Assembly (NCBI GenBank): GCA_963751345.1
Contig: CAVVUS010000011.1
Coordinates: forward strand, 320,001-384,000
Length of the DNA stretch: 64,000 nt
Direction: 5' to 3'
DNA from: an uncultured Chloroflexia bacterium
Lineage (GTDB): Bacteria > Chloroflexota > Anaerolineae > B4-G1 > SLSP01
This document shows positions 54,467 to 63,360 of the stretch, piece by piece. The translations under genes and the position numbers were made by a program. Each line of letters opens with the position of its first letter. The stretch's first letter is position 1. The notes below the pieces were generated by a model. It made no database searches. It saw only the letters and a list, made by a program, of their open reading frames with translations, and was not told where the DNA came from.

Positions 54467-55522
54467 CTAACCTTCCCAGTTCTCCGGTCGCAGTGAGCGA
54501 ACGGCTGCCCCGGCGCGCCACATCTCCGACTCGCGCATAGCCTTGAGCTCTTCCTCCAGCCCCTCGCGGTAGTCGGGTGCGCTGTTGGCCTCGAGCACGA
54601 TGCGGGTTTCTTCGCCGGACATGACGCTCTCGTAGAGGTCGTCGAAGACGGGTGCGACAGCGTCGCGGAAGCGGGGGAGCCAATCAAGCGCGCCGCGCTG
54701 CGCCGTCGTGCTGCAGTTGGCGTACATCCAATCCATCCCGTTCTTGTCGACCAGGCGGATAAGGCTCTGCGTCAATTCCTCGACGGTCTCGTTGAAGGCC
54801 TCGCTGGGGGAGTGCCCGTGCTTGCGGAGGACGTTGTACTGGGCCTCCATGACGCCGGCAAGCGCGCCCATCAGCACGCCTCGCTCGCCCGTCAGATCGC
54901 TGTGGACCTCGTTCTCAAAGGTCGTCGGGAAGAGATAGCCCGACCCAATGGCGATCCCGAGCGCCAAGGTGCGTTCCTCGGCGCGTCCCGTGAAGTCCTG
55001 CTCGACCGCGAAGCTGCTGTTGATGCCGCTGCCGGCCAGGAAGTTGGCGCGGACGCTCGTGCCGGACCCCTTGGGGGCGACCATAATGACATCCACGTTG
55101 TCAGCCGGTACCACACCGGTCTGGTCCCGGTAGACAATGGAGAAGCCGTGCGAGAAGTACAGCGCATCGCCTGCGTGGAGATGGGGCTTGATCCGCGGCC
55201 AGGTCATCGTCTGCGCCGCGTCGGAGACCAGGAACTGCACGATCGTGCCGCGATCCGCGGCTTCCTCCAGGTCGAAGAGCGTCTTGCCCGGAACCCAACC
55301 GTCGGCCACGGCCTTGTCCCACGCTGCCTGATCGCCCTTCCACTGCCCGACAATGACGTTGATACCGTTGTCCCGCATATTGAGCGACTGCGCGGGACCC
55401 TGCACGCCGTAGCCCAGGACGGCCACGACCTCGTTCTTAAGCACCTCGCGTGCTTTCTCCAGGGGAAACTCGTCACGTGTGACGACGGTCTCAACCACAC
55501 CACCGAAGTTGATCTTTGCCAT
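54467..55522 (-). CDS. ilvC: Ketol-acid reductoisomerase
   Basis: LGYGVQG, FSHGF, VAPKGSG, SDLTGERGVL, CSTTAQRG. Confidence 0.96.
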   Translation of the reverse strand: MAKINFGGVVETVVTRDEFPLEKAREVLKNEVVAVLGYGVQGPAQSLNMRDNGINVIVGQWKGDQAAWDKAVADGWVPGKTLFDLEEAADRGTIVQFLVSDAAQTMTWPRIKPHLHAGDALYFSHGFSIVYRDQTGVVPADNVDVIMVAPKGSGTSVRANFLAGSGINSSFAVEQDFTGRAEERTLALGIAIGSGYLFPTTFENEVHSDLTGERGVLMGALAGVMEAQYNVLRKHGHSPSEAFNETVEELTQSLIRLVDKNGMDWMYANCSTTAQRGALDWLPRFRDAVAPVFDDLYESVMSGEETRIVLEANSAPDYREGLEEELKAMRESEMWRAGAAVRSLRPENWEG

Positions 55523-55590
55523 CTCTCTATCTCCTTTGTCTGCTAGTTTCGGATCTGATGAGGGCGCACGGCCCGGATTAGGCGCGCGGC

Positions 55591-56085
55591 CTAAGCCGCG
55601 ATATCGTTGCCGCCACGCACCATAGCGACGCGCCCGGTGCGCACCAGCTCCTCGATACCGTAGGGGCGCAGCACCTCAACCAGTCCGTTGATTTTGTCGT
55701 CCGTGCCGGTCACTTCGACCATCAGTGTCTTCAGTCCAACGTCGACCACGCGCGCGCGGAACGTCTCCACGATCTGCATGATCTCGGCGCGGGTTGACCC
55801 GTCGTCGGCGCGAACCTTGACCAGTGCCAGGTCGCGCATCACGGTGGGAACCTCGGTCACGTCCTCCACCTGGATGACGTTGACCAGTTTGTAGAGATTC
55901 TGGACCACCATCTCGACATCGGTACTGGCACTGTCGACGACGATGGTCATCCGGCTGACGCCGGGCCGTTCTGTGTGGCCGACGGCCAGGCTCTCAATGT
56001 TGAAGGCGCGTCGCCGGAATAGGCTGGACACTCGGTTGAGCACACCGGGTTTATCCTCCACCAGAGCGATCAACGTGTTTTGCAT
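55591..56085 (-). CDS. ilvN: Acetolactate synthase small subunit
   Basis: EDKPGVLNRVSSLFRRRAFNIESL, ELVRTG. Confidence 0.96.
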   Translation of the reverse strand: MQNTLIALVEDKPGVLNRVSSLFRRRAFNIESLAVGHTERPGVSRMTIVVDSASTDVEMVVQNLYKLVNVIQVEDVTEVPTVMRDLALVKVRADDGSTRAEIMQIVETFRARVVDVGLKTLMVEVTGTDDKINGLVEVLRPYGIEELVRTGRVAMVRGGNDIAA

Positions 56086-56116
56086 CTCATTCTCCTTTTG
56101 GCACTCGACTCGCTGG

Positions 56117-56148
56117 GACCTTTGGGGTTTTCCCAAACCCCAAAGGTC
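56117..56148. repeat. Palindrome of the GACCTTTGGGGT family
   Basis: GACCTTTGGGGTTT-TCCC-AAACCCCAAAGGTC. Confidence 0.75.
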
Positions 56149-56169
56149 TTTCCCGAAAGGCGCAACGCC

Positions 56170-57876
56170 TCAGACTTCATCGTCGGGATGGGGACGGCGG
56201 ATCATTTCGTTTAGCGCCGCACCCGAGGGCACCATCGGATAGACGTTTCCATCCTCTCCCTCTTCGGCGATCTGGAACTCGATAAAGGTCGGGCCGTCGT
56301 GCTCTCGCGCTTCGGCAATGGCCTTGCGGGCCTCGGTTCGGGTCGTGGCGCGCCAGGACGGGATGCCATAGGCCTCCACCAGTTTCACGAAGTCAGGGTT
56401 GATCAGCCTCGTGGACTCATAGCGCTTCTCGTAGAAGAACTCCTGCCACTGCCGGACCATGCCCAGGTAGTTGTTGTTGGAGAGCGCGATCTTGATCGGC
56501 AGATTTTCCTGGATCACGGTTCCCAGATCCTGCATCGTCATCTGGAATCCGCCGTCGCCGGCAATCGCCCAAACTTCGCGGTCCGGCTGGCCGAACTTGG
56601 CCCCGATGGCTGCCGGAAGGCCAAAGCCCATCGTGCCCAGCCCGCCTGACGTGACGACGGAGTAGGGGCGGTCGTTGAGATAGTATTGGGCGGCCCACAT
56701 CTGGTGCTGGCCCACGTCCGTCACGACGATGGCCTCGCCCTCCGTGGCTTCCCAGATGTCGTTGATGAAGTGCGCTGCAACGAGGTGCCCGTTCTCCGGA
56801 CGGTTCAGGATGTCCCTGCGGTGGCTCTCTCCGCGCCATTCTGCGATCGTGCTGATCCAACTGGCGTGTTTCGCCGGACGAAGCAGGGGCAGCAACTGAT
56901 CCAGTACCTGGCGTAGGTCGCCCAGAATCGGCACGTCGACCTTCACGATCTTGTTCAGTTCGGCGGCGTCGGCATCCACGTGGATGCGGTGCGCATTGGG
57001 CGAGTAGGTCGCCAGCGTGCCCGTGACCCGGTCGTCGAAGCGCATCCCGAAGGCCAGGATGAGATCGGCCTCCTGGATGGCCTGGTTCACATAGGCCTCG
57101 CCGTGCATCCCCATCATCCCCAGTGCGAGAGGATGCGACTCGGGGAACCCGCCCTTGCCCAGCAGGGTCAAGGCCACGGGGGTCTCCGTCTTCTCCACGA
57201 ACGCCATCAGTTCACTCATCGCCCCGGACATCAGGACGCCCTGGCCGGCGAGGATGACCGGACGCTCCGCCTGGTTGATCAGTTCTGCAGCACGCTGCAC
57301 CAGGTCGGACGCTCCTTTTCCAACCGGGTGATAGCCCGGCAGGTCGATGTCGCCCTCGGGTGCCTCGAATTCGGTCGCTGCGATCTGAACGTCTTTGGGA
57401 AGATCGATCAACACCGGCCCGGGACGACCGGTGCGCGCGATGTAGAAGGCCTCGCGGATCGTATAGGCCAGATCAGCGACGTCGGTGACGAGGTAGTTGT
57501 GCTTCGTGATGGGTAGGGTGATGCCCGTGATATCCGTCTCCTGGAAGGCGTCCGTGCCGATCAGATACGTCTGCACCTGTCCGGTGATACAGACGATCGG
57601 GGAGGAGTCCATGGCCGCCGTGGCGATGCCTGTGACCAGGTTGGTTGCACCGGGACCCGAGGTCGCGATGGCGACCCCGACCTTGCCCGATACTCGCGCG
57701 TACCCATCCGCCGCGTGTGCGGCACATTGCTCGTGTCGCATAAGGACGTGGTGAATGCCGTAGTCCTGGCGGGGATGGTAGGTATGCATGATAGCACCCC
57801 CCGGGATGCCGAAGACGACCTCGACCTCCTCACGTTTGAGCATCTCCCATACGATTTCCGCACCGGTTTTCTTCAT
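56170..57876 (-). CDS. ilvB: Acetolactate synthase large subunit
   Basis: FGIPGGA, RHEQ, TSGPGATN, DVGQHQMW, GDGGFQM, NNYLGMVRQWQ. Confidence 0.97.
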   Translation of the reverse strand: MKKTGAEIVWEMLKREEVEVVFGIPGGAIMHTYHPRQDYGIHHVLMRHEQCAAHAADGYARVSGKVGVAIATSGPGATNLVTGIATAAMDSSPIVCITGQVQTYLIGTDAFQETDITGITLPITKHNYLVTDVADLAYTIREAFYIARTGRPGPVLIDLPKDVQIAATEFEAPEGDIDLPGYHPVGKGASDLVQRAAELINQAERPVILAGQGVLMSGAMSELMAFVEKTETPVALTLLGKGGFPESHPLALGMMGMHGEAYVNQAIQEADLILAFGMRFDDRVTGTLATYSPNAHRIHVDADAAELNKIVKVDVPILGDLRQVLDQLLPLLRPAKHASWISTIAEWRGESHRRDILNRPENGHLVAAHFINDIWEATEGEAIVVTDVGQHQMWAAQYYLNDRPYSVVTSGGLGTMGFGLPAAIGAKFGQPDREVWAIAGDGGFQMTMQDLGTVIQENLPIKIALSNNNYLGMVRQWQEFFYEKRYESTRLINPDFVKLVEAYGIPSWRATTRTEARKAIAEAREHDGPTFIEFQIAEEGEDGNVYPMVPSGAALNEMIRRPHPDDEV

Positions 57877-57926
57877 TGTGCTCCTCCTCTTCCTGGCTGT
57901 GAACGTCGCAGCTCCGGCCGTCGGCC

Positions 57927-57953
57927 AACAAAAAAGCCGCCCTTTGGGCGGCT
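57927..57953 (-). terminator. Attenuator terminator 2 (proximal to ilvB)
   Basis: Minus strand AGCCGCCC-AAA-GGGCGGCT-TTTTTGTT. Confidence 0.85.
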
Positions 57954-58010
57954 CTCCTTTGGCTTCTTCTGGCCTTCTCCTACCTTGGTCTCAGGCTCCT
58001 GCTTGCCAAT

Positions 58011-58169
58011 CTAACCGCCCACGCTCCCGCTCTTAAGCAGGAGCTCGACAATAACTAGGACGACAAGAATGAGCAGACCGAGAAGGTCCCGGCTGACATC
58101 GATCTCATTCAGTTGGGCAGCAACTGCAATGGCTTCTGCAGGCGCTGTAGATTGGTGAACGCGTGTCAT
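58011..58169 (-). CDS. Ile/Leu/Val-rich attenuator leader peptide 2 (52 aa)
   Basis: Hand translation: MTRVHQSTAPAEAIAVAAQLNEIDVSRDLLGLLILVVLVIVELLLKSGSVGG*. RBS GAAGAGG. Confidence 0.8.
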   Translation of the reverse strand: MTRVHQSTAPAEAIAVAAQLNEIDVSRDLLGLLILVVLVIVELLLKSGSVGG

Positions 58170-58186
58170 CGAACTAGCCTCTTCAG

Positions 58187-58217
58187 ATAAAACTTGAGCC
58201 GCCCTGTTGGGCGGCTC
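58187..58217 (-). terminator. Attenuator terminator 1 (distal)
   Basis: Minus strand GAGCCGCCC-AACA-GGGCGGCTC-AAGTTTTAT. Confidence 0.7.
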
Positions 58218-58263
58218 CGGTTCGCACTAGAATCCAGGTGCTGGCCTTGTCCTGCCCAAAGCG

Positions 58264-58336
58264 CTAGGCCTTGGCCCTAAGTGCTAGGACAAGTAGGTTG
58301 CGCAGCAGAACGATACGCGAGCTTTCCTGGATACAT
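58264..58336 (-). CDS. Leu-rich attenuator leader peptide 1 (requires removal of one base after ATG)
   Basis: RBS AGGGAGAG, ATG, one extra T, then IQESSRIVLLRNLLVLALRAKA*, with CTA/CTT Leu codons. Confidence 0.6.
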
Positions 58337-58365
58337 AAGGCGTGGTCTCTCCCTGATTAACCGGG

Positions 58366-58394
58366 ATTATACAATACCCCCCGAAACCTGTCAA
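58366..58394 (-). promoter_or_regulatory. Consensus sigma70 promoter of the ilv-leu operon
   Basis: Minus strand TTGACA-17 nt-TATAAT. Confidence 0.85.
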
Positions 58395-58561
58395 GTATCA
58401 CTTGACACGCGATGCGCAAATTGCCCCGCCGCCGCAGGTTTGGCGCAGAGGGCACGTGCGACTTGCCCCGTGGCTAAGATGGGGTATGCTCGCTGGAGTT
58501 TCAGCCTGGTGGCTGCGAAAGCAGCCGACGAATCCCCCAAAACCAGCTAAGGAGAAGCGAG

Positions 58562-59813
58562 ATGACTGAGGAACTGAACCCGTTCGAGATCGCACAAAGG
58601 CAGCTTGATGAAGCTGCCGAGATCATGCAGTTGGAGCCGGCCCTGCACGAGCTGCTTCGCTGGCCACTTCGTGAGCTGCACGTGACGCTGCCGGTTCGCA
58701 TGGACGATGGAACATCCGAGATCTTCCACGGTTTCCGCGTGCAGTACAACGATTCGCGTGGGCCGACAAAGGGCGGTCTCCGCTTCCATCCCCACGAGAC
58801 GATCGACACGGTCCGCGCTTTGGCCGCCTGGATGACGTGGAAAACCGCGGTGATGGACATCCCTCTCGGGGGAGGCAAGGGCGGCGTCATCTGCAATCCC
58901 AAGGTGATGTCGCCGGGCGAGCTGGAGCGGCTGAGCCGCGCCTATATCCGGCAGGCCGGCCGAATCATGGGAGAGGATATGGACGTACCGGCGCCGGATG
59001 TATACACCACGCCCCAGATCATGGCGTGGATGATGGACGAGTACTCGTATATGCGCGGGTACAACGTGCCGGGCATGATCACAGGCAAGCCGTTGCCGCT
59101 AGGGGGATCGGCAGGGCGCGGTGATGCGACGGCACGCGGTGGGATGATCTGCATTCGCGAGGCGGCCAAGTTGCTGGGGATCAACACGGTCGGCGCGCGG
59201 ATGGCGATTCAGGGGTTCGGCAACGCCGGCCAATACGCAGCCACGCTTGGGCCCGAGATGCTCGGCGCAAGCGTCGTTGCCGTGTCCGACTCGCAGGGCG
59301 GCGTCTACAACTCCGCCGGGCTGGATCCGAACGCCCTGATCGCTCACAAGCAGGAGACCGGGTCGGTTGTCGGCTTCCCGGGGGCCGACAGTGTCACCAA
59401 CGCGGAGTTACTGGAGTTGGACGTTGAGATTCTGGCTCCCGGCCGCGCTGGAGAATCAGATCACGACCGAGAACGCATCGCGGATCAAGGCCAAGATCAG
59501 CGCGGAGCTGGCCAACGGGCCGACGACGCCGGATGCCGACGCTATCCTGCACGACAACGGCGTCTACGTGATCCCCGACTTCTTGTGCAATGCCGGTGGT
59601 GTGACGGTCTCGTACTTCGAGCAGGTGCAGAACGCCTACCGTTACTACTGGAAGGAAGCTTACGTTCACGAGCTTCTGGATGAGAAGATGACGACGGCCT
59701 TCACCACGGTGGCGCAGACCGCGGCGGACTACAAGATCAACAACCGCATGGCTGCCTACGTGGTCGCGGTCGGGCGCGTCGCAGAGGCCTGCAAGCTGCG
59801 AGGCTGGGTGTAG
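58562..59813 (+). CDS. gdhA: Glu/Leu/Phe/Val dehydrogenase, most like glutamate dehydrogenase (frameshift ~59440)
   Basis: [57 protein letters not shown]. Confidence 0.92.
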
Positions 59814-59895
59814 GTCGGTCGAGTAACGACTTCGTCGTCCGGTATGCGAGCGCTTGCGTTGGAAGCGCGGCGTATGGGACGAGCGCTTGGTTGAG

Positions 59896-59924
59896 AAGGC
59901 GCCTGCGTATTTCGCAGGCGCCTT
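59896..59924. terminator. Hairpin between convergent gdhA and the PEP/pyruvate-binding gene
   Basis: AAGGCGCCTGCG-TATTT-CGCAGGCGCCTT. Confidence 0.7.
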
Positions 59925-59985
59925 GTCTATTCGGACGATGCTAACCTTCGCAAGGTTCAGGAGGCGTCAGACTTGCGAAGCTCAA

Positions 59986-62378
59986 TCACCCCCGCCCGCC
60001 CTGCGGCCTGGGATCCTTCAGATAGGCAACTGCCCGCTCCTGCTCGTCGTTCATGATGATATCCAGATAGCGGCCCCGGGTAACCGACGGCACGTCAATC
60101 ACCTGGATGTAGGAGCTGTAAGCGCTATCTCCGGGCAGGAGCTCCGACAAGCTGTTGGGCGCGCCATCGAGGAACGCGGTGTTGACCACCGCGCCATGGC
60201 TGCCCAGGGTGATGGGGAGCGGATAGATGCCGGCCTCGACGAGGTCCTGGAAGAAGTGGGTGCCGTAGGAGGGTTCAGCCTCTGTGCCGTCCGCCGCCGA
60301 GGAGACCTCGACGAGCACCCGCGTGTTGAAGATGTCGGCGTACGTCACCTTGACCCCCAGATCCACGTCAGAGCTTCCCCAACGTCCGGGCCCGATCAGG
60401 ATGAACGCATCTCCTGCCAGTGCCTGATTCAGCCGCCCGATGACGCGCGCGATCTCCAGCTTCGTATCGTAGTTCGGCGCGTGCTGATAGCGGTCGGGGC
60501 GGACGTGAACGATGTAGCGTACGTTCGAGACCGCGCCGTGGGGCACGAGCTCGGTGGTTTGCAGGATAAGGTCCGCCATGGGGATGGTTTCGGGAATGTC
60601 GACGGCTTGCCGCTGCTTGCGGCTGACCTGCGGCCTGCACTGCAGGAGATGAACCGTGTAACTCGTCCCTGACGCTCTCCTGGTTGATGTCGACCGCAAA
60701 CTCGATGTCCACCGGCCACTTGTGATAGCGCTCCAGCCTTTCCAGGATCGCCCGCATCAGCCCGATGAAGTTCCGATCCTTCACGAGCTGGTCGAAGGTC
60801 AACAGCAGGTTATCGTCCTCGTCTGCGAGGCACGCGGGCGATGATGGGCGCGATGTAGTCGCCCTTGTCGAGGGACGCCAGATAGCGCACGCCCGGATAG
60901 TCGGCCTTGATCACATCCTTGGCCGGCAGGGTGACCATCCGATCGTTCTTCAGGTCCAGCACGTCCATATAGCGCTGGGCATACTTGCGCAGCTTGATGG
61001 AGCCGACGTACGGGCGAAGCTCAGGGTGGCTCAACGCGACCATCCGGGGGAAGTCGTTGGCGACGCGATTCACGGCGCGCGTGCCGAATCCCACGACGAG
61101 TCGCAGGAAGCCGTCCTCCCGCTGGATCTTCGGGTTCCAGCGAAACGGATTGTGGCTGTATCCCACGCCGGCTACGGCAGGAAAGAGGTAGTCGCGATAC
61201 CGCGTGCCCTCGACCTTCTGGATGAGCACGGCCATGCGCTCATTGTAGTCCACCAGTCCCATCTGTTGGCGATAGAGGAGAGCATCAGGGCTGAAGATGC
61301 TCACGTAGACTCTGCTGACGGCCCTGAGCAGGTCGCGGAGATTCTGCTCCGGCGTGCCCTGGTTGGGGCAGAAGACGCTCTCGTATTTCCCTGCCAGTGC
61401 GGCGCCGAAGTGAACCTCCAGCAGGCTTGAGGAGCGCACGATCAGCGGGGCATCCCCCACCTCGTCCAGGAGCTTCTTGAGGCCCTGCACGATCTCGTCC
61501 GGGAAGTCAGCCGCCATATAGGCTTCGCGGATCTCGGGGTAGTCCGCCTTGATCTCGTCGCTGGTGCGGTACTTCTGGTTCATGTACGCGGTGAAGCCAT
61601 TCAGCATCAGGAACTCGTAGAAGACGTCCGCGCCGATAAAGTACGAGTCGGGGATCTGGACGTGGTGAAGCAGCTCATTCTCAGCGTGCTCGCCGCTCTC
61701 GGTCTTGTGGAGGATCTTCTGGGCCAGGAGCAGCCCGGCTGCCTTGCCGCCGATCTTGCCGCATCCGATGAGGTGCTTCCGCACCTCCAGGAGATCCTTG
61801 ATGGTAAAGACCTCCTTGGCGATGCCGACGAACTCCAATTGGTCGCTGAGCATTCCCTTAATCAACACGACGATGATCTCGCGCAGATGGTGTCTCACCG
61901 TGTCCAGTTGGTGCGGCGGCAGCGACTCGAACGCCTCGCCCTGGGCGAAGAGCAGATCCATGGGCGCCAGTTCCGGATTGAAGGAGAGCGTGAGGGGATG
62001 CGGCGCGTCGTGCGATGCCGATTCGGCCAAGGTGTCCTCGATGATCTCACTGAGCCGGTCGGGCGGGAAATTGTAGGCGAAATAGAAGTCGGTGAGCTGG
62101 TCGCGGATGACGGCCATGCGCGTGTTCCAGGTGGGTTCGGACTCCTGCCCGAAGGGGTCGGCAAGTCCCTCACGGTGCTGAGAGAGCACGGCCTTCTGCT
62201 TCACCTCGGTCTCAAAGGCTACGGCGGCGATGATGCCCTTGACGAACAGCTCGCGACGCATGCGCTCGCGGATCTTTGGCGCCAGGGTGGGATACTGGGC
62301 CAATCGGATCTGGATCCCGTAGGCCTCGTGCAGTTGCTCGTAGCTTCTGGTAATCGCGTCCGGACAATCCACGGCCAT
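59986..62378 (-). CDS. PEP/pyruvate-binding (PPDK_N ATP-grasp) domain protein (frameshifts ~60830, ~60670)
   Basis: KIGGKAAGL, IVRSSSLLE, AGKYESVF, MAVLIQ, GFGTRAV, PVDIEFA, LLQCRP, IGPGRWGS, SYGTHFFQDL. Confidence 0.85.
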
Positions 62379-62497
62379 AGTGTCCTCCCCGGGGTCGGGG
62401 TGTGCTCTACTAGCTATTCTACCAGAACCTGGCGGATCGCGCACGGAGGAGACGGGTAACGGGTGTGCGCGGGCCGGCCAGGTGGCGAACGAGCGAA

Positions 62498-63358
62498 TCA
62501 GACCAGCACGATCAAGAGCGAGATCAGGAGGCAAGCCGCAAGCGCAGCGACGTCTGTCTTCTGAAATCGAAGCCGCACGAGCGATGTCCGTTCCCCATAG
62601 CTGCTGTATCCGCGCGCCTCCATCGCCACGGCCAGGTTCTCTGCCCGCTGCAGGCTGACCAGAAAGAGCGGGATCAGGATCGGGAGCGCCTGCCGCACCC
62701 TGCGAAGCGGGCCGGCCCTGCCCGTGCCCCATTCCGCCCCTCGCGAGGCCTGCGACTTGGCGATCCTCTCAGCCTCGCGCGCCAGCAGGGGCAGGAAGCG
62801 CAGCGCGACCTGGACCATCAGCACGAAGTCCTGTACCGGGAGCCCCACCTTGCGCAGCGGGCGCAGCAGGGACGCGAGGCCCTGCACGGTCTCGGTCGTC
62901 GAGGTGCATGCCGAGAACGTTGTGATGATCAGAATGAGCGCCGGGAAGCGCAGCACGAGCTTCGCGCCGTTGAGCAGGCTGACCATGGACACGTTGAACG
63001 GCCCCCAACTCCAGAGCGGCGCGGTGGATGCCTGCCCCTGTGACAGCAGCGTCCCTGCGCTCTGTCCGAAGCTGCCCGGACCCAGGACGATCTGCAGGAC
63101 GGCGAGAAAGAGGATGAACGGCAGCGGCGGCAGAAGCCCCTTGAGGGCGTAGGCCAGCGGCACCCGGGCGACGGCGGTCACGATCAGGAGGGCGGCTAAC
63201 GCGATGCCGAGGCCCGCCAGATGGGGGGAAACACTGGCAGCGATGACGAGCATGAGGGCACCGACGACGCGCGTGCGCGGATCGAGGTGGTGGATGGCCG
63301 AGTCTGACGGAATGTACTGGCCGATGGTGATGTAGCGCTGGAACTCGAACTCTTCCAT
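62498..63358 (-). CDS. ecfT: Energy-coupling factor transporter T component
   Basis: IGQY...HHLDPR, ALRFLPLL, QASRG, AMEARGY. Confidence 0.92.
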   Translation of the reverse strand: MEEFEFQRYITIGQYIPSDSAIHHLDPRTRVVGALMLVIAASVSPHLAGLGIALAALLIVTAVARVPLAYALKGLLPPLPFILFLAVLQIVLGPGSFGQSAGTLLSQGQASTAPLWSWGPFNVSMVSLLNGAKLVLRFPALILIITTFSACTSTTETVQGLASLLRPLRKVGLPVQDFVLMVQVALRFLPLLAREAERIAKSQASRGAEWGTGRAGPLRRVRQALPILIPLFLVSLQRAENLAVAMEARGYSSYGERTSLVRLRFQKTDVAALAACLLISLLIVLV

Positions 63359-63360
63359 GG

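Noticed and set aside
57880-58360. T-box riboswitch upstream of ilvB
   Set aside because: No AGGGTGGNACCGCG T-box motif was found. Leader peptides explain the terminators.
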